A stretch of 64,000 nucleotides of DNA from Phyllobates terribilis (Eukaryota), in the NCBI RefSeq assembly GCF_046119375.1, contig NW_027362762.1:681070001-681134000 (forward strand). Direction: 5' to 3'. A program made the position numbers and the translations under genes. Shown piece by piece: positions 42,399 through 55,400 of this stretch (its first letter is position 1; the number at the start of each line of letters is the position of its first letter). A model generated the notes under the pieces. That model was given only the letters and a program-made list of their open reading frames with translations, searched no databases and was not told the origin of the DNA.

Positions 42399-44152
42399 GA
42401 ATTTTCCCGGTCCTGGACACAAATCAACAATGCTATAGTGGTACCCGTCCTTACCTTTCTCCAGCCAGCCCCTCAAGGGCCTGCAGAAGAGCAAGTAGTG
42501 TTGGTAGAGCAAGTGGCCCTGGAGGCAGAGAGTACATACCAGCAGCTCAGGAGAATCAACCCTCTGCTAGTAGTGAACCTGCCATGCCCGTGGTGAGCCA
42601 AAGAGTATGCAGAAAGCTGCCCAACCTACCAGTAACATCTGCAAACACCTCTAGTGCAGACACGAGCACACCCTGTACACAGGGGGTGGAAACAGGGGAC
42701 CCAAATGGAGTACCACCAGACAAAGGGGGTTACGTAGGTCCAACAGGAGCACTAAAAGTCAGGTACCCGCTCGCTAGAGAATCTAATATGTCGTATTTAC
42801 CTGTATAGATGCAAAAATTAAAAATGTTTAATGTTTGTGTTACCTGGTTATTAATTATGTTTTTCGAGTTCAATGGACTAACAGGTTATGGACAATGAAT
42901 AACCGGAACTGTACCTTGTACATAGTTGCACCTGGTAAGGTGCCCTCTTTTGAAGACGAACACAGAACACAAAACCCGTGGAGGTAGCTGAAGACGTGGT
43001 CCAACTCCGGATCATCAAAGCCCTGTAGCCACCCCAGGGCCTACGTGGAGGGTTTGGGACGGGTCCCTCAAAGTGCATCTTGGTTGACAAGGACACCTGG
43101 TCACGGGGGCGCTATGACCTAAAAAGACTAAACTTCTTGTATATATGTTACTGTATTGTTATTACCTGTTGTGTTTTTGCAAAATGTGTTTAGTCCCGGA
43201 GTACTAAATTTCACTAGGGGGGAATGTGGCACCCCAGGTCTGGTCGCCACAGTGGCAGCAATGTCATGTCTGAGAGCAGGTGGGAGGTTCCCTGGTTGGG
43301 GACAATTAGCATGCAGCACCTCCTGCCTCAGTCCAGGGAGGGGAGAAATCTGCCCTTTATAAACTGGATCTGGGGCAGGGTTAGAGAGACAGGTTCCAGA
43401 CAGGGTTCCAGACAGGGTTCCAGTGAAGTTGCAGATAGGGACAGGTCAGCAGCTGGGTGAGGAGTCCCTGTAGGCAGAGGAGGAACACGAGGCCAGGAGG
43501 GGAGCTAACAGAGCTCGTCCTGGCTAGAGACTTACAAAGCCGGACACTGGAGTCCGAGGCTGTGAGGGTTGTAAGCCCAGCAGCAGAAAACCACCACGCA
43601 GGGGACTTCAAGTCTTCTGGCCCAAGGAAGCCCGGAGGCTCAGGCACACGAGAAGGACCACTACTGCCCTGGAGGGGTGAGAAGCACGGTAGGCCTACAA
43701 ACTCCCCCTGACCAGCGGGATTTCCCAGTTGCTCTCAGACTGACCAGGCCTCCATTGTTAACCTGTATTTCGGACGGGTCCCTTAATACCGCCAACAGTA
43801 AAGACCCTGAATTGCATGACAGACTCCGTGTGGTTACTGCTGCTCCCTCGCACCATCACCACCAATATCCCCATTTACTGCCCTGAGGCTATACTCCTCC
43901 CGTGGGGAGTTATACTACCCTCTGCTGCACCCACAACACCAGCCTCAGCGGTCTGCCCTGCAGCAGCGGTTCACTCTGACCGCAATCCACGGGTGGCGTA
44001 GTCGGACATTCAGCATATAGACTGCCATTTGGTTTGACCGCCCTGAGCACGGACCGGGTCCCCGCCACGCAAGGACTACAGGACCCAGCATCCACAAAAG
44101 ATCCGGATCCAGGTATCCCCACACACACACGGCCCAGGGGGCGCGTCATTTA

Positions 44153-45308
44153 GTAAACACCCACTTGATTTTGGAAGGGTTAAAAGGATACAACATCATA
44201 TACCCACCAGTAACCATCCACCCATTAAGGAGCGTTACCGAGCCATACCACCAGCACATTATGAGAAAGCCAAGGAAATGTTGCGTGACATGAAAAAGGC
44301 AGGGGTAGTAAGGGATAGCTGTAGTCCTTGGGCAGCTCCCCTGGTCCTTGTCAGGAAAAAGACGGTAGCATGAGGATGTGTGTAGATTATAGACAGATTA
44401 ATCGCATAACCCATAAAGATGCATACCCTTTGCCCCATATAGAGGAATCCCTGGCTGCACTAAAATCTGGCAATTACTTCTCTACACTGGATCTCACTAG
44501 CGGGTACTGGCAAGTCTCTGTTGCTGAGGAAGACCGGGAGAAGACGGCCTTCACCACCCCGATGGGACTGTGCAAGTTCAACAGTATGCCGTTGGACTCT
44601 GCAATGCACCCGGAACATTCCAGAGGCTGATGGAGTGTTGCTTGGGACACCGGAACTTCGAGACAGTGCTGCTATACCTGGATGACGTTATCGTGTACTC
44701 GAGGACGTATGAAGACCATCTGAAGCACCTGGCGGAGGTATTTGAAGCATTGTCCCGGTATGGGATGAAACTAAAGCCTTCTAAATGCCACTTGCTCAAG
44801 CAGAAGATTCAGTACCTGAGGCATGTAGTCAGCTTGGAGGGAGTAGCACCAGACCCGGAGAAGGTCACTGCCATCCAGAAGTGGCCTGAACCGGGAGGCA
44901 TCAAAGTACGGAACTTCCTGGGACTGGTCGAGTACTACAGGAGGTTCATAAAGGACTATACCAAAAAGGTAGCACCGCTACAAGACCCCCTGGTAGGACA
45001 GTCCAAAAGAGGAAAGAGTCCCCCATTCCAGTGGGGCAAAGAGCAGGCTGAATCCTTTGCAATAATGAAGGAAATCCTGACCGGTGAAGAAATCCTGGCT
45101 TACCTTGACTACAGCCAGCCTTTCCTGCTGTACACCGACGCCAGCAACGAGGGAATGGGAGCTGTGTTGTCCCAGAAGCAGAATGGAAGAGAGAAGGTAA
45201 TTGTATATGCCAGCAGAAAGCTACGCCCTACCGAGAGGAACCCGGAGAACTACAATTCCTTCAAGCTGGAGTTCCTGGCCTTGGTCTGGGCTATCACTGA
45301 AAAGTTCA
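44153..45308 (+). pseudogene. Gypsy A pol part 2 (RT and RNase H)
   Basis: MCVDYRQIN, DLTSGYWQ, LYLDDVIVYS, YTDASN; frameshifted. Confidence 0.9.
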
Positions 45309-48232
45309 TAGGTTCATAGAATCATAGAATGGTAGAGTTAGAAGGGACCTCCTGGGTCATCTGGTCCAACCCCCTGCTCAAAGCAGGATTCACTAGATCA
45401 TCTCAGACAGATGTCTGTCCAGCCTCTGTTTGAAGACGTCCATTGAAGGGGAACTCACCACCTCTCGTGGCAGCCTGTTCCACTCATTAATCACCCTAAC
45501 TGTCAAAAAGTTTTTTCTAATATCTAATCTGTGTCTCCTCCCATTTAGTTTCATCCCATTGCTTCTAGTCTTTCCTTGTGCAAATGAGAATAAAGATGAT
45601 CCTTCTACAATGTGACAGCCCTTGACATATTTGTAGACAGCTATTAAGTCTCCTCTCAGTCTTCTTTTTTGCAAGCTAAACATTCCCAAATCCTGCAACC
45701 GTTCCTCATAGGACATGGTTTGCAGACCAGTCACCATTCTGGTCGCTCTTCTCTGAACTTGCTCCAGTTTGTCTATGTCTTTTTTAAAATGTGGTGCCCA
45801 AAACTGTACACAGTATTCCAGATGAGGTCTGACCAAAGAGGAGTAAAGACCGATAATGACTTCACGTGATCTAGACTGTATGCTTCTGTTAATACATCCC
45901 AGAATTGTATTTGCCTTTTTTGCTGCTGCATCACACTGTTGACTCATGTTCAGTCTATGATCTATTAGTATACCTAAGTCTTTTTCACATGTACTGTTGC
46001 TTAGCTCTATTCCTCCCATTCTGTATATGCTTTTTTCATTTTTATTGCCCAGATGTAGTACTTTGCATTTTTCCCTGTTAAAAACCATTCTGTTGGTTGC
46101 TGCCCACTGCTCCAGTTTATTTAGGTCTTTTTGAATCCTCTCTCTCTCTTCTCTAGTATTAGCTATCCCTCCTAGCTTTGTGTCATCAGCAAATTTAATC
46201 AGTTTACCCTCAATTCCTTCATCTAAATCATTGATAAAGATGTTGAACAATACAGGTCCCAGGACGGAGCCCTGTGTTACCCCACTTCAGACATTCATCC
46301 AGCTGGATGTGAAGCCATTTACAACCACCCTTTGAGTCCGATCACTAAGCCAGTTATGAATCCACCTAACAGTTGCCTGGTCCATTGCATACTTGGTCAT
46401 TTTTTCAATAAGGATGGTGTGAGATACTTTGTCATATGCTTTGCTGAAGTCAAGATATACTATATCTACAGCATTTCCCTGATCCACCCAGTCAGTGATT
46501 CTGTCATAGAAGGAAATTAAGTTAGTCTGACATGACTTGTTAGTTACAAACCCATGCTGACTCTGGTTAATCACTTCATTCTTATCCATGTACTTACATA
46601 CATGTTGTTTAATAATTTGTTCAAAGATCTTTCCTGGTATAGAAGTCAGACTCACCGGCCTATAGTTCCCTGGGTCCACCTTCTTCCCCTTTTTGAAGAT
46701 AGGAACAACATTTGCTCTTCTCCAGTCTTCTGGGACTTCTCCTGTTCTCCAAGAATTTTCAAAGATTATGGAGAGTGGTTCTAAAATTTCTTCTACGATC
46801 TCCTTCAGTACTCTGGGGTGTAATTCATTTGGACCTGGAGACTTGAACTCATTTATGTTAGCTAAATATTCCCTCACAATCTTTCTGTTTACAGATAACT
46901 TGGATTCCTCTATTCCTTTAAAAGGACAGTGAATGTTACATTTTCTTTCTGAGAGAAAACAGATGCAAAATAGGAATTAAAAAGTTCGGCCTTCTCAACA
47001 TCCTCTCTTACCATTTCTCCATTTTCATCCTGTAAAAATCCTATAGCATCTTTGACTTTTCTTTTACTTTTGACATACCCCCAAAATCCTTTTTTATTGC
47101 TTTTGACATCTCTTGCAAGCCTTAATTCATTGTCAGCTTTAGCTAACCTGATACGTGCCCTACAGGATCTGCAGACTGCATTATAATCTTCTTTAGATAT
47201 GCCTCCCTCTTTCCATTTAATAAACATTTCTTTCTTTCTTTTTAGCATGTGTTTAAGTTCTGTGTTCATCCATCCTGGTTTCCTTAAATGCTTCCCATTC
47301 TTCCTACTTTTCGGGATTGTTAACGATTGTGCTTTGAGAATCTCATTTTTAAAAATTTCCCATCCTTCCTGGACATTTTTGTCCTTAAGGACATCCAGCC
47401 ATTGGATCCCTCCTATTCTCTTTCTGAGTCTCTTAAAATCTGCCTTTCTAAAATCTAACCTTGAAGTTTGAGTCTTCACATGTCTTCCTCCTCTAGTTAT
47501 CCAAAATTCTATAATAGCATGATCGCTGCCTCCTAGGGTCCCAGCCACCTTTACCTCCTCAACCATTTCCTCCCTGTTTATAAGGATTAGATCCAAAGTA
47601 GCAGATCCCCTTGTTTTCTCCCCTACCTTTTGGAAGATAAAGTTGTCAGCAAGAGAGGATAAGAATTTGCTTGACCTGTTAGTTTTACTTGAGAGAGATT
47701 CCCAACAAATGTCTGGATAGTTGAAATCTCCCATGACCACTACGTCATATTTTTTGGAGAACTTGGTCATTTGATACATAAAGAGTTCATCCATATCTTC
47801 AGTTTGCCCAGGTGGCCTGTAGTAAATGCCTACAATGGTGTCCTTTCCGTTGTTCTCTCCTTGTATTCTTACCCAAACAGTTTCCACAGAACTCCCAGTC
47901 TCTGAAGCTTCAATCTCTGTGCAGATATACGCTTTTCTAACATACAATGCAACACCTCCTCCTCGTTTATCAAGTCTTTTTCTTGCAAATAAGTTGTATC
48001 CTTTTAGCCTTTTATTCCAATCATGTGTATCGTCCCACCAAGTTTCAGTGATTCCAATGACATCATATTCCTTTTCCTGCATTAGTAGTTCCAATTCTCC
48101 TTGTTTGTTGCCCATGCTTTGTGCATTTGTATAAAAACATTTTAGTTTGTGATTGGTTTCTCTTCCTCCCATATTTTTATTATTTAAATTGTTTTGTCTT
48201 TGTTCTTCCTTTCCACTTCCAGTAGCAGAGAT
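45309..48232 (-). mobile_element. 5'-truncated CR1 LINE inserted in Gypsy A RNase H
   Basis: (ATTCTATG)n tail; approximate TSD AAGTTCA/ACGTTCA; ORF2 endonuclease and RT. Confidence 0.92.
45393..48180 (-). pseudogene. CR1 ORF2 (APE endonuclease plus RT), two frameshifts
   Basis: YTNAQS, GITETWWD, GDFNYP, LDLIL; PGPNELHP, YLDFSKA, KFADD. Confidence 0.9.
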
Positions 48233-50191
48233 ACGTTCAAGCATTACCTAGCCTCAACTAAGTTTACAGCTTTTACTGACAACAATCCCTTTACACACCT
48301 GGAGACCTCCAGGTTGGGAGCTATGGAACAGCGTTGGGTGGCCAGACTGTCAAATTATCAGTTCACCATCATGTACCGGGCAGGTCACAAGAACACCAAT
48401 GCTGATGCCTTGTTAAGGATGCCCCACCAGTCAGACACCGAGGATGAAGTGGATGATTTAGAGGAAGTTGAATTACCTGCTTTCCACCAAAGCGGAGTGG
48501 TCCAGGAGCAAGACGTCACCAGAAGACGTCAGGGAAGGACACCGAATCCTCTACCCCACCACAGTTGAAAGGACACCCAGGACAGTGACCCGGTTGTCAG
48601 CATCCTCAAAAGACTGATTACCCAGGAAGGTTCTCACCTGGAGAAGGATTCTCCTCCACAAGCCAAGCAACTGTGGAATGAGAGAAGCCGGCTGTTCATC
48701 TATAGAGAGAAGCTGTGCAGAAGATATGTCAACCCCAAGACCCATGAAATGGTGTGGCAAATTGTTGTACCCAGGACAGATATCCAGATGGTGTTGGAAG
48801 CCTACCACGATCAAGGAGGTCACTTTGGCTGGAAGAAACTGAAAACCCAGCTGAAGGACCGGTTCTACCGGGTTGGAATGCGGAGCTCCATAGAGAGGTG
48901 GTGCCGGAATTGTGGGCCCTGTAGCCTCAGAAGAAAAGACTACGGCAGCCAGAAAGCACCCTTGCAGTCCATCAAGACAACCCAGCCCCTGGAGATCGTC
49001 ACTCTGAATCACGTCAAGCTGTCACCCAGCAGGTCAGGCTACTCCTATGCCCTGACCATGGTGGATCACTATTCCCGGTTCCTGGTGGTAGCCCCTGTCA
49101 AGGACCTGAAAGCAGAGACTGCAGCAAGAACATTCCAAGCATACTTCTGCAGGCCCCATGGATACCCAGACAAAGTGCTGACGAATCAAGGCCCTGCCTT
49201 TGAAGCCGAGCTGTTTAAAGAATTCTGTCATCTGTATGGGTGCAAGAAGATCCGGACTACGCCGTACCACCCTCAGACCAATGGTTTGTGTGAGAAAATT
49301 AACCACATCGTCATAGACCTGCTGAAAAGCTTACCCTTGGAAGAAAGAAATCAGTGGCCAGACAAACTACCTGACCTGGTAGATCTGTACAATCACATAC
49401 CTGTGAGTTCTACAAATTGTACCCCAGCTTACCTCATGAGAGCAAGACCCGGAAAGTTGCCCATGGACCTGGAACTCCGAGTGGTAGAACCGGAAGCAGA
49501 TATGTCCACTGAAGACTGGGATACAAATCGGCAAGAGCAGTACAGGAGAGTACAGGCCTGTGTCGAAGACAGTCTGAACAGAGTAAGGGAAAGACAGGAA
49601 GAACAGTACAATAAACATGCACCAGCAAAACCCTTGGCACCTGGAGAGATAGTGCTAAAGCGGAAGAGAAGAAGTCACAAGCTCGATGACCAGTTGGAAA
49701 GAGAGCCCTACACAGTGCTGAACTCCAGATTTGACAACAGTAAAACCTGCCTGATTAGCAAAAATGGAGGAAACACAACTGCAACAGTCTCAAGAGACCA
49801 TCTGAAAATGTGCCCAGGTCTACTGAAGACAACGGAAGAAGAAGTGCCTCCTATAGCACCAGAAGAACCCAAGGAAGACGTGCTTCACACAGTTCTAGGA
49901 GATTTCCCTGTGGACTGGCCTCAACTTGATGGAGCAGTGATTATACCCGTAATACACTTCTATCAGCCACAAGAAGAACCTGTGAGTGCTCTAGAAGAAC
50001 CTGCTCAAGAACAGGAAGAGTCCCCAGTAAGAGGAGGATCACCCATTGAAGCAAAGCCTGAAGGCCCAGTGGACAGTGCACTTGCCAGTCCCATAGAGAG
50101 ATTAAGGCAGTTCTATAATCTACCAGCACGTACACCTGCTAGATTAACAGAAAGGGTACACACAGACACTAGTGACACCCCAGTGCTATAA
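48233..50191 (+). pseudogene. Gypsy A pol part 3 (RNase H end and integrase)
   Basis: FKHYL...RWVARL; HHCC; catalytic Asp positions read Asn (LNHV, LTNQG). Confidence 0.88.
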
Positions 50192-51843
50192 GGTCCACAC
50201 GCAGCACACAAGGACAAATCCCTGCCAGGTTTAGGGAATAAGAATGAAGTGCCTAGCACTGTAAATAGTTACCCAGTTGTGTATTGCCTATTATTTATTG
50301 TATAAACTGTCAATAATATGTGTGCATTTAGTTACCCGCCAGGGTACAAAGACTTGTAGGCTGAGGACTGTGAGCAGCCAAAAACTGTCATGTAAGTCGT
50401 TGCACTCGTCCAAAGTGCCCCCCTTTATTTGACCACAGAACAAAAACCCGTTTGGCGTGGCTGAAGACGTGGTCCAGCACCTGGATCACTTATGCCCTGT
50501 AGCCACGCCCAAGGCCTACGTTGAGGGTTTTCAGGCGGGTCCCTCATGTTACTCTGTTACATTTTCATAGGTGGAATGGACACCTGGTTACGGGACATAC
50601 TGTAACTTAATTGTTGTTATAATTCTTATTGTTGTTATTGTTGTTAACCTGTTTTACAAAATGCTTCAGTCCAGGAGTACTGAATTGTACTAGGGGGGGG
50701 AATGTGGAACCTTGCTGTGCACAGGTACCACAGGACCCAGGGTGCATGGACGGACTTCTCCACAAGAGGCCCTCACTACATACAAACACCTTCACCCTTC
50801 CACCTCACACCACAAGAGGGAGCCCGTTAGGGATATATATATGGAGGGTGGAGCCAGGCAGTCAGTCAGAAGAGAGAGGCAGTGAGACAGAGTCAAAGAG
50901 TCTGAGAGCGTGCTGACGCTGAGAGCACCGAAGACGCAGCGCGTCTGCTGCTGAGTTCTGAGGGCCCCGAGTGTGGCCGAAGGCAAGAGGAGAAAGGAGA
51001 GAGGAATTGAGGGGGAAGAGGAGCATCATAGGCTCACCCCAGTATACAAACCGGACACCGGGTCCGCGCCTACAGGGTCCCTTTATACCCAGTAGGGATC
51101 ACCGGCATTCAAGGAGGACTACAAGTCCCTGGACGACCTAAAGCTAGACCCACACAGGACCAGGAACCACGAAGGCCCCGACGACCTGGGATAGTGGTTG
51201 CCAGCAGAAGGTGAATCCCCTGTCTCTGTCAGTTACTCCTGCTGCGCCATCCGCCTGCACTACAAGTATCAGCATCACCACCATCAAACTCCACACTACC
51301 CCGGGGGCCCGCTCCACCTGTGGGTAGCCGAAACACCTAAGCTGCCATCCCATCACCCCCCGGAGGTCTGCAGCAGCGCTGGTAAACCTTACCAGGTACC
51401 ACAGGTGGCGTCACAAACTATTTACTTTATTTTTATTTTTTATCCAAGTTACAATCCCCCTTTTTGGTTGACCGCCCTGGGCCACGGACCAGGCCAGCCA
51501 CCGTGATATCCCCCACCAGCATCCATAGGCTCGGCTGCCGAGTACCCCACAGCCCTGGGGACGCGTCAGTACCATTATTATGAAGTGTGTCTCCCATACT
51601 GTTTGCCTATGCAGTCAAGCAACGGCTGCCAAAAATTTGGAGGAATTCCAATGCACCTTGCAAGAGACGTAAAGATCGAAGGGCCTCCTGCAAAAAATGC
51701 TCCCATTATTAAGAACTGTGTCTCCCATACTGTTTGCCTACGCAGTCAAGCAACGGCTGACAAAGATTTGGAGGAACTCCAATGCCCCTTGCATGAGACG
51801 TAGAGGTCGGAGGGCTTCCTGCAAAAAATGCTCCCATTATTAA

Positions 51844-52405
51844 CCCCTTCGCGACAATGGGATTTTCCGTTTTTGCGTTTTCGTTTTTTGCTCCCCTTGT
51901 TGCCAGAGCCATAGCATTTTTATTTTTTGGTCTATATGGCCATGTCAGGGCTTATTCTTTGCGGGACGAGTTGTACTTTTAAACGCTAGTACTAGTTTTA
52001 CCATATCAGGTATTAGAAAACAGGAAAAAAATTCCAAGTGCGGTGAAATTGCAAAAAAAGTGCAATACCACAGATTTTTTATTTATTTTTTCTTACTACG
52101 TTCACTGAATGCTAGAACTGACCTGCCATTATTATTCTCCAGGTGACGGGGTCACCGATGGGCGGGGCTAAGGCCGCGCTTCCGGCGCGGCGATGTTAAA
52201 TGCCGCTGTCAGAGATTGACAGCGGCATTTAACATGTTAACAGCCTCGGGTAGATCGTGATTCCACCCGCGGCTGTTGCGGGCACATATCAGCTGTAATA
52301 ATCAGCTGACACGTGCCTGGTTCAGTGCGGGCTCAGCGCCGTAGCCATCACTGAACCGGGAGTGATGGCCTGGGGCGTACTAATATGTCCTGGGCCGGTA
52401 AGGGG
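51844..52405 (+). mobile_element. piggyBac-like non-autonomous element within the 130-bp array
   Basis: TTAA-CCCCTT...AAGGGG-TTAA. Confidence 0.75.
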
Positions 52406-55400
52406 TTAAGAACTGTATCTCCCATACTGTTTACCTAGGCAGTGAAGCAACGATCGCCAAAAATTTGGAGGAACTCCAATGCCCCTTGCAAGAGACGTAG
52501 AGGTCGGAGGGCCTCCTGAAAACAATGTTCCCATTATTAGGAAGTGTGTCTCCCATACTGTTTGCCTATGCAGTACAGCAACGGCGGCCAAAAATTTGGA
52601 GGAATTCCAATGCCCATTGCAAAGAAGAAGAGATCAGAGGGCCTCCTGAAATTTTTTTCCCATTATTAGGTAGTGTGTCTCCCATACTGTTTGCCTATGC
52701 AGGGAAGCAATGGCTGCAAGAAATTTGGAGGAACTTCAATGCCCCTTGCAAGAAATATAGAGGTCGGAGGGCCTCCTGCAAAAAATTATGCCATTATTAG
52801 GAAGTGTGTCTCCCATATTGTTTGCCAAGCAGTAAAGCAACAGCTGCCAAAGATTTGGAGGTACTGCAATGCACCTTGCAATATACGTAGAGGTCAGAGG
52901 GCCTCCTTCAAAAAATGTTCCCATTATTAGGAAGTGTGTCTCACATACTGTTTGCCGATGCAGTGAAGCAATGGCTGCCAAAAATTAGGAGCAACTCCAA
53001 TGCCCCTTGCAAAAGACGTAGAGGTCGGAGGGCTTCCTACAAAAAATTCTCCCATTATTAAGAACTGTGTCTCCCATACTGTTTTCCAAGCAGTAAAGCA
53101 ATAGCTGCCAAAAATTTGGAGGAACTGTAATGCACCTTGCAAAAGACGTAAAGATCGGAGGGCCTCCTGTAAAAAATGCTCCCATTTATAGGAAGTATGT
53201 CTCCCATATTGTTTGCCTATGCAGAGAAGCAACGTCTGCCAATAATTTTGAGGAACTCCAATGCCCTATGCAAGAGACGTAGAAGTTGGCGGGCCTCCTG
53301 CAAAAAATGCTCCCATTATTAGGAAGTGTGTCTCCCATACTGTTTGCCTATGCAGTGAAGCAATAGCTGCCAAAAATTTGGAGGAACTTCAATGCCCCTT
53401 GCAAGAGACGTAAAGATCGTAGGGCCTCCTGGAAAAAATGCTCTCATGATGAGGAAGTGTGTCTCCCATACTGTTTTCCTATGCAGTCAAGCAACTGCTG
53501 CTAAAAATTTGAGGAACTCCAATGCCCCTTGCAAGAGACGTAGGGGTCGGAGGGCCTCCTGCAAAAAATGCTCTCATTATTAGGAAGTGTGTCTCCCATA
53601 CTGTTTACCAAGCAGTAAAGCAACGGCTGCCAAAAATTTAGAGGAACTCCAATGCCCCTTGTTAGAGACGTAAAGATCGGATGTCCTCCTGAAAACAATG
53701 TTTCTATTATTATGAAGTGTGTCCCCCATACTGTTGCCTATGCAGTGAAGCAACGTCTGCCAAAAATTTGGAGGAACTCCAATGCCTCTTGCAAGAGACG
53801 TAGAAGTCGGGGGGCCTCCTGAAAACAATGTTCCCATTATTAGGATGTGTGTCTCCCATACTGTTTGCCTATGCAGTCAAGCAATGGCTGCTAAAAATTT
53901 GATGAACAACAATGCCCCTTGCAAGAGACGTAGAGGTCAGAGGGCCTCCTGCAAAAAATGCTCCCATTATTAGGAAGTTTGTCTCCCATATTGTTTACCA
54001 AGCAGTAAAGCAACGGCTGCCAAAAATTTAGAGGAACTCCAATGCCTCTTGTTAGAGACATTATGGTCGGATGTCCTCCTGAAAACAATGTTTCTATTAT
54101 TATGAAGTGTGTCCCCCATACTTTTTGCCTATGCAGTGAAGCAACGGCTGCTAAAAATTTGGAGGATCTTCAATGCCCCTTGCAAGAGACGTAGAGGTCG
54201 GAGGGCCTACTGAATGCAATATTCCCATTATTAGGAAGAGTTTCTCCCAAACTGTTTGCCTATGCAGTGAAGCAATGGCTGTCAAAAATTTGGAGGAACT
54301 TCAATGCCCACTGCAAGAGATGTAAATTTCAGAGGGCCTCCTGCAAAAAAATGCTCCAATTAATAAAAAGTGTATCTCCCATACAGATTGCCAAGCAGTA
54401 AAGCAACGGCTGCCAAAAATTTGGAGGAACTTCAATGCCCCTTGAAAGAGACGTAGAGGTTGGAGGGCCTCCTGCAAAAAAATGCTCCCGTTATTAAAAA
54501 GTGTATCTCCCATACTGTTTGCCAAGCAGTAAAGTAACGGCTGCCAAAAATTTGGAGGAACTTCAATGCCCCTTGAAAGAGACGTAGAGGTCGGAGGGCC
54601 TACTGCAAAAAATGCTCCATAATTAGGAAGTGTGTCTCCCATACTGTTTGCCCATGCAGTGAAGGAACGGCTGCCAAAAATTTGGAAGAACTATAATGCC
54701 CCTTGCAAGAAACGTAGATATGTTGTTCTGGTACATATGGTGGTGATATGGTGGTGGACGATAAGGATGCAGAGAAAGAGGAGGACAAGAGCAAATAGAC
54801 AAAATCAGGAAGTGTATACCCATGTCTGGGAGTGAAGACAGAAGTGCATGGGAATAGAGTTAGACCTCCCAAAAAAAGACACCGTATTTGAGTTTATATT
54901 ACGCTGCTATCATTCGGTTGTGTTGAGAAGTCTGGCACAATCCAGTCCTTGTTAATTTTTATAAGAGTCAGCCTGTCAGCATTTTCAGTTGACATACGGA
55001 TGCGCTTATCAGTTATAATTCCACCAGCGGCACTAAAAACCCGCTCTGATAAAACGCTTGCGGCAGGGCAGGCCAGGACCTCCAAGGCATAGAGAGGCAG
55101 TTCATGCCACATGCTCAGCTTGGATACCCAATAATTATAAGGCACAGAAGAATCACGGAGGGCATTGATAATGTCGGCAAGGTACTCCCTCAGCATATTC
55201 TGCAACTTTTCCCTCCTTGAGAGAGTACCCCGCGCATCAGGGCTTGTGAGATGGGAGGGTCAGAGAAAACTGTCCCAGAACTTTGTCAGTGTTCCTCTGT
55301 CTCTGCTGGATTGCACTTGTGTCTTTCCAGCCGGTACTCCTTAGTTGTCCAACGAACTGTGACCTTTGCAGCCAGTGTTTTCAGATGAAATTTTTTTTAA

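Larger units (their letters stand above)
35076..44148 (+). mobile_element. Gypsy B LTR retrotransposon nested in Gypsy A pol
   Basis: LTRs 35076-36105 and 43225-44148; perfect TSD TTTA; PBS 36111-36128 (Ser-AGA/TGA type); PPT 43213-43224; host pol resumes at 44153 (KHPLDFG). Confidence 0.92.
31346..51568 (+). mobile_element. Gypsy A, formerly autonomous LTR retrotransposon with three nested insertions
   Basis: LTRs 31346-32406 and 50703-51568; TSD CTAC/GTAC; PBS 32412-32429 (variant Ser-CGA type); PPT 50690-50702; gag then PR-RT-RH-IN order. Confidence 0.9.
30340..54720. repeat. ~130-bp tandem array inside the hAT (roughly 7 units at 30340-31345 and 20 at 51569-54720), split by Gypsy A
   Basis: AATGCCCCTTGCAAGAGACGTAGAGGTCGGAGGGCCTCCTGC... 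recurs at 30383, 30514, 30644, 30775 and onward. Confidence 0.92.

Noticed and set aside
43021-43070. Possible HDV-like ribozyme in the Gypsy 3' UTR
   Set aside because: I could not build the P1/P1.1/P2/P3 double pseudoknot; kept only as a conserved block.
42400-43224. env-like third ORF or chromodomain in Gypsy A or B
   Set aside because: No long ORF, transmembrane segment or chromodomain motif after the integrase.
30340-54720. CRISPR-like array
   Set aside because: Whole units repeat with no unique spacers, there are no cas genes, and the context is vertebrate.
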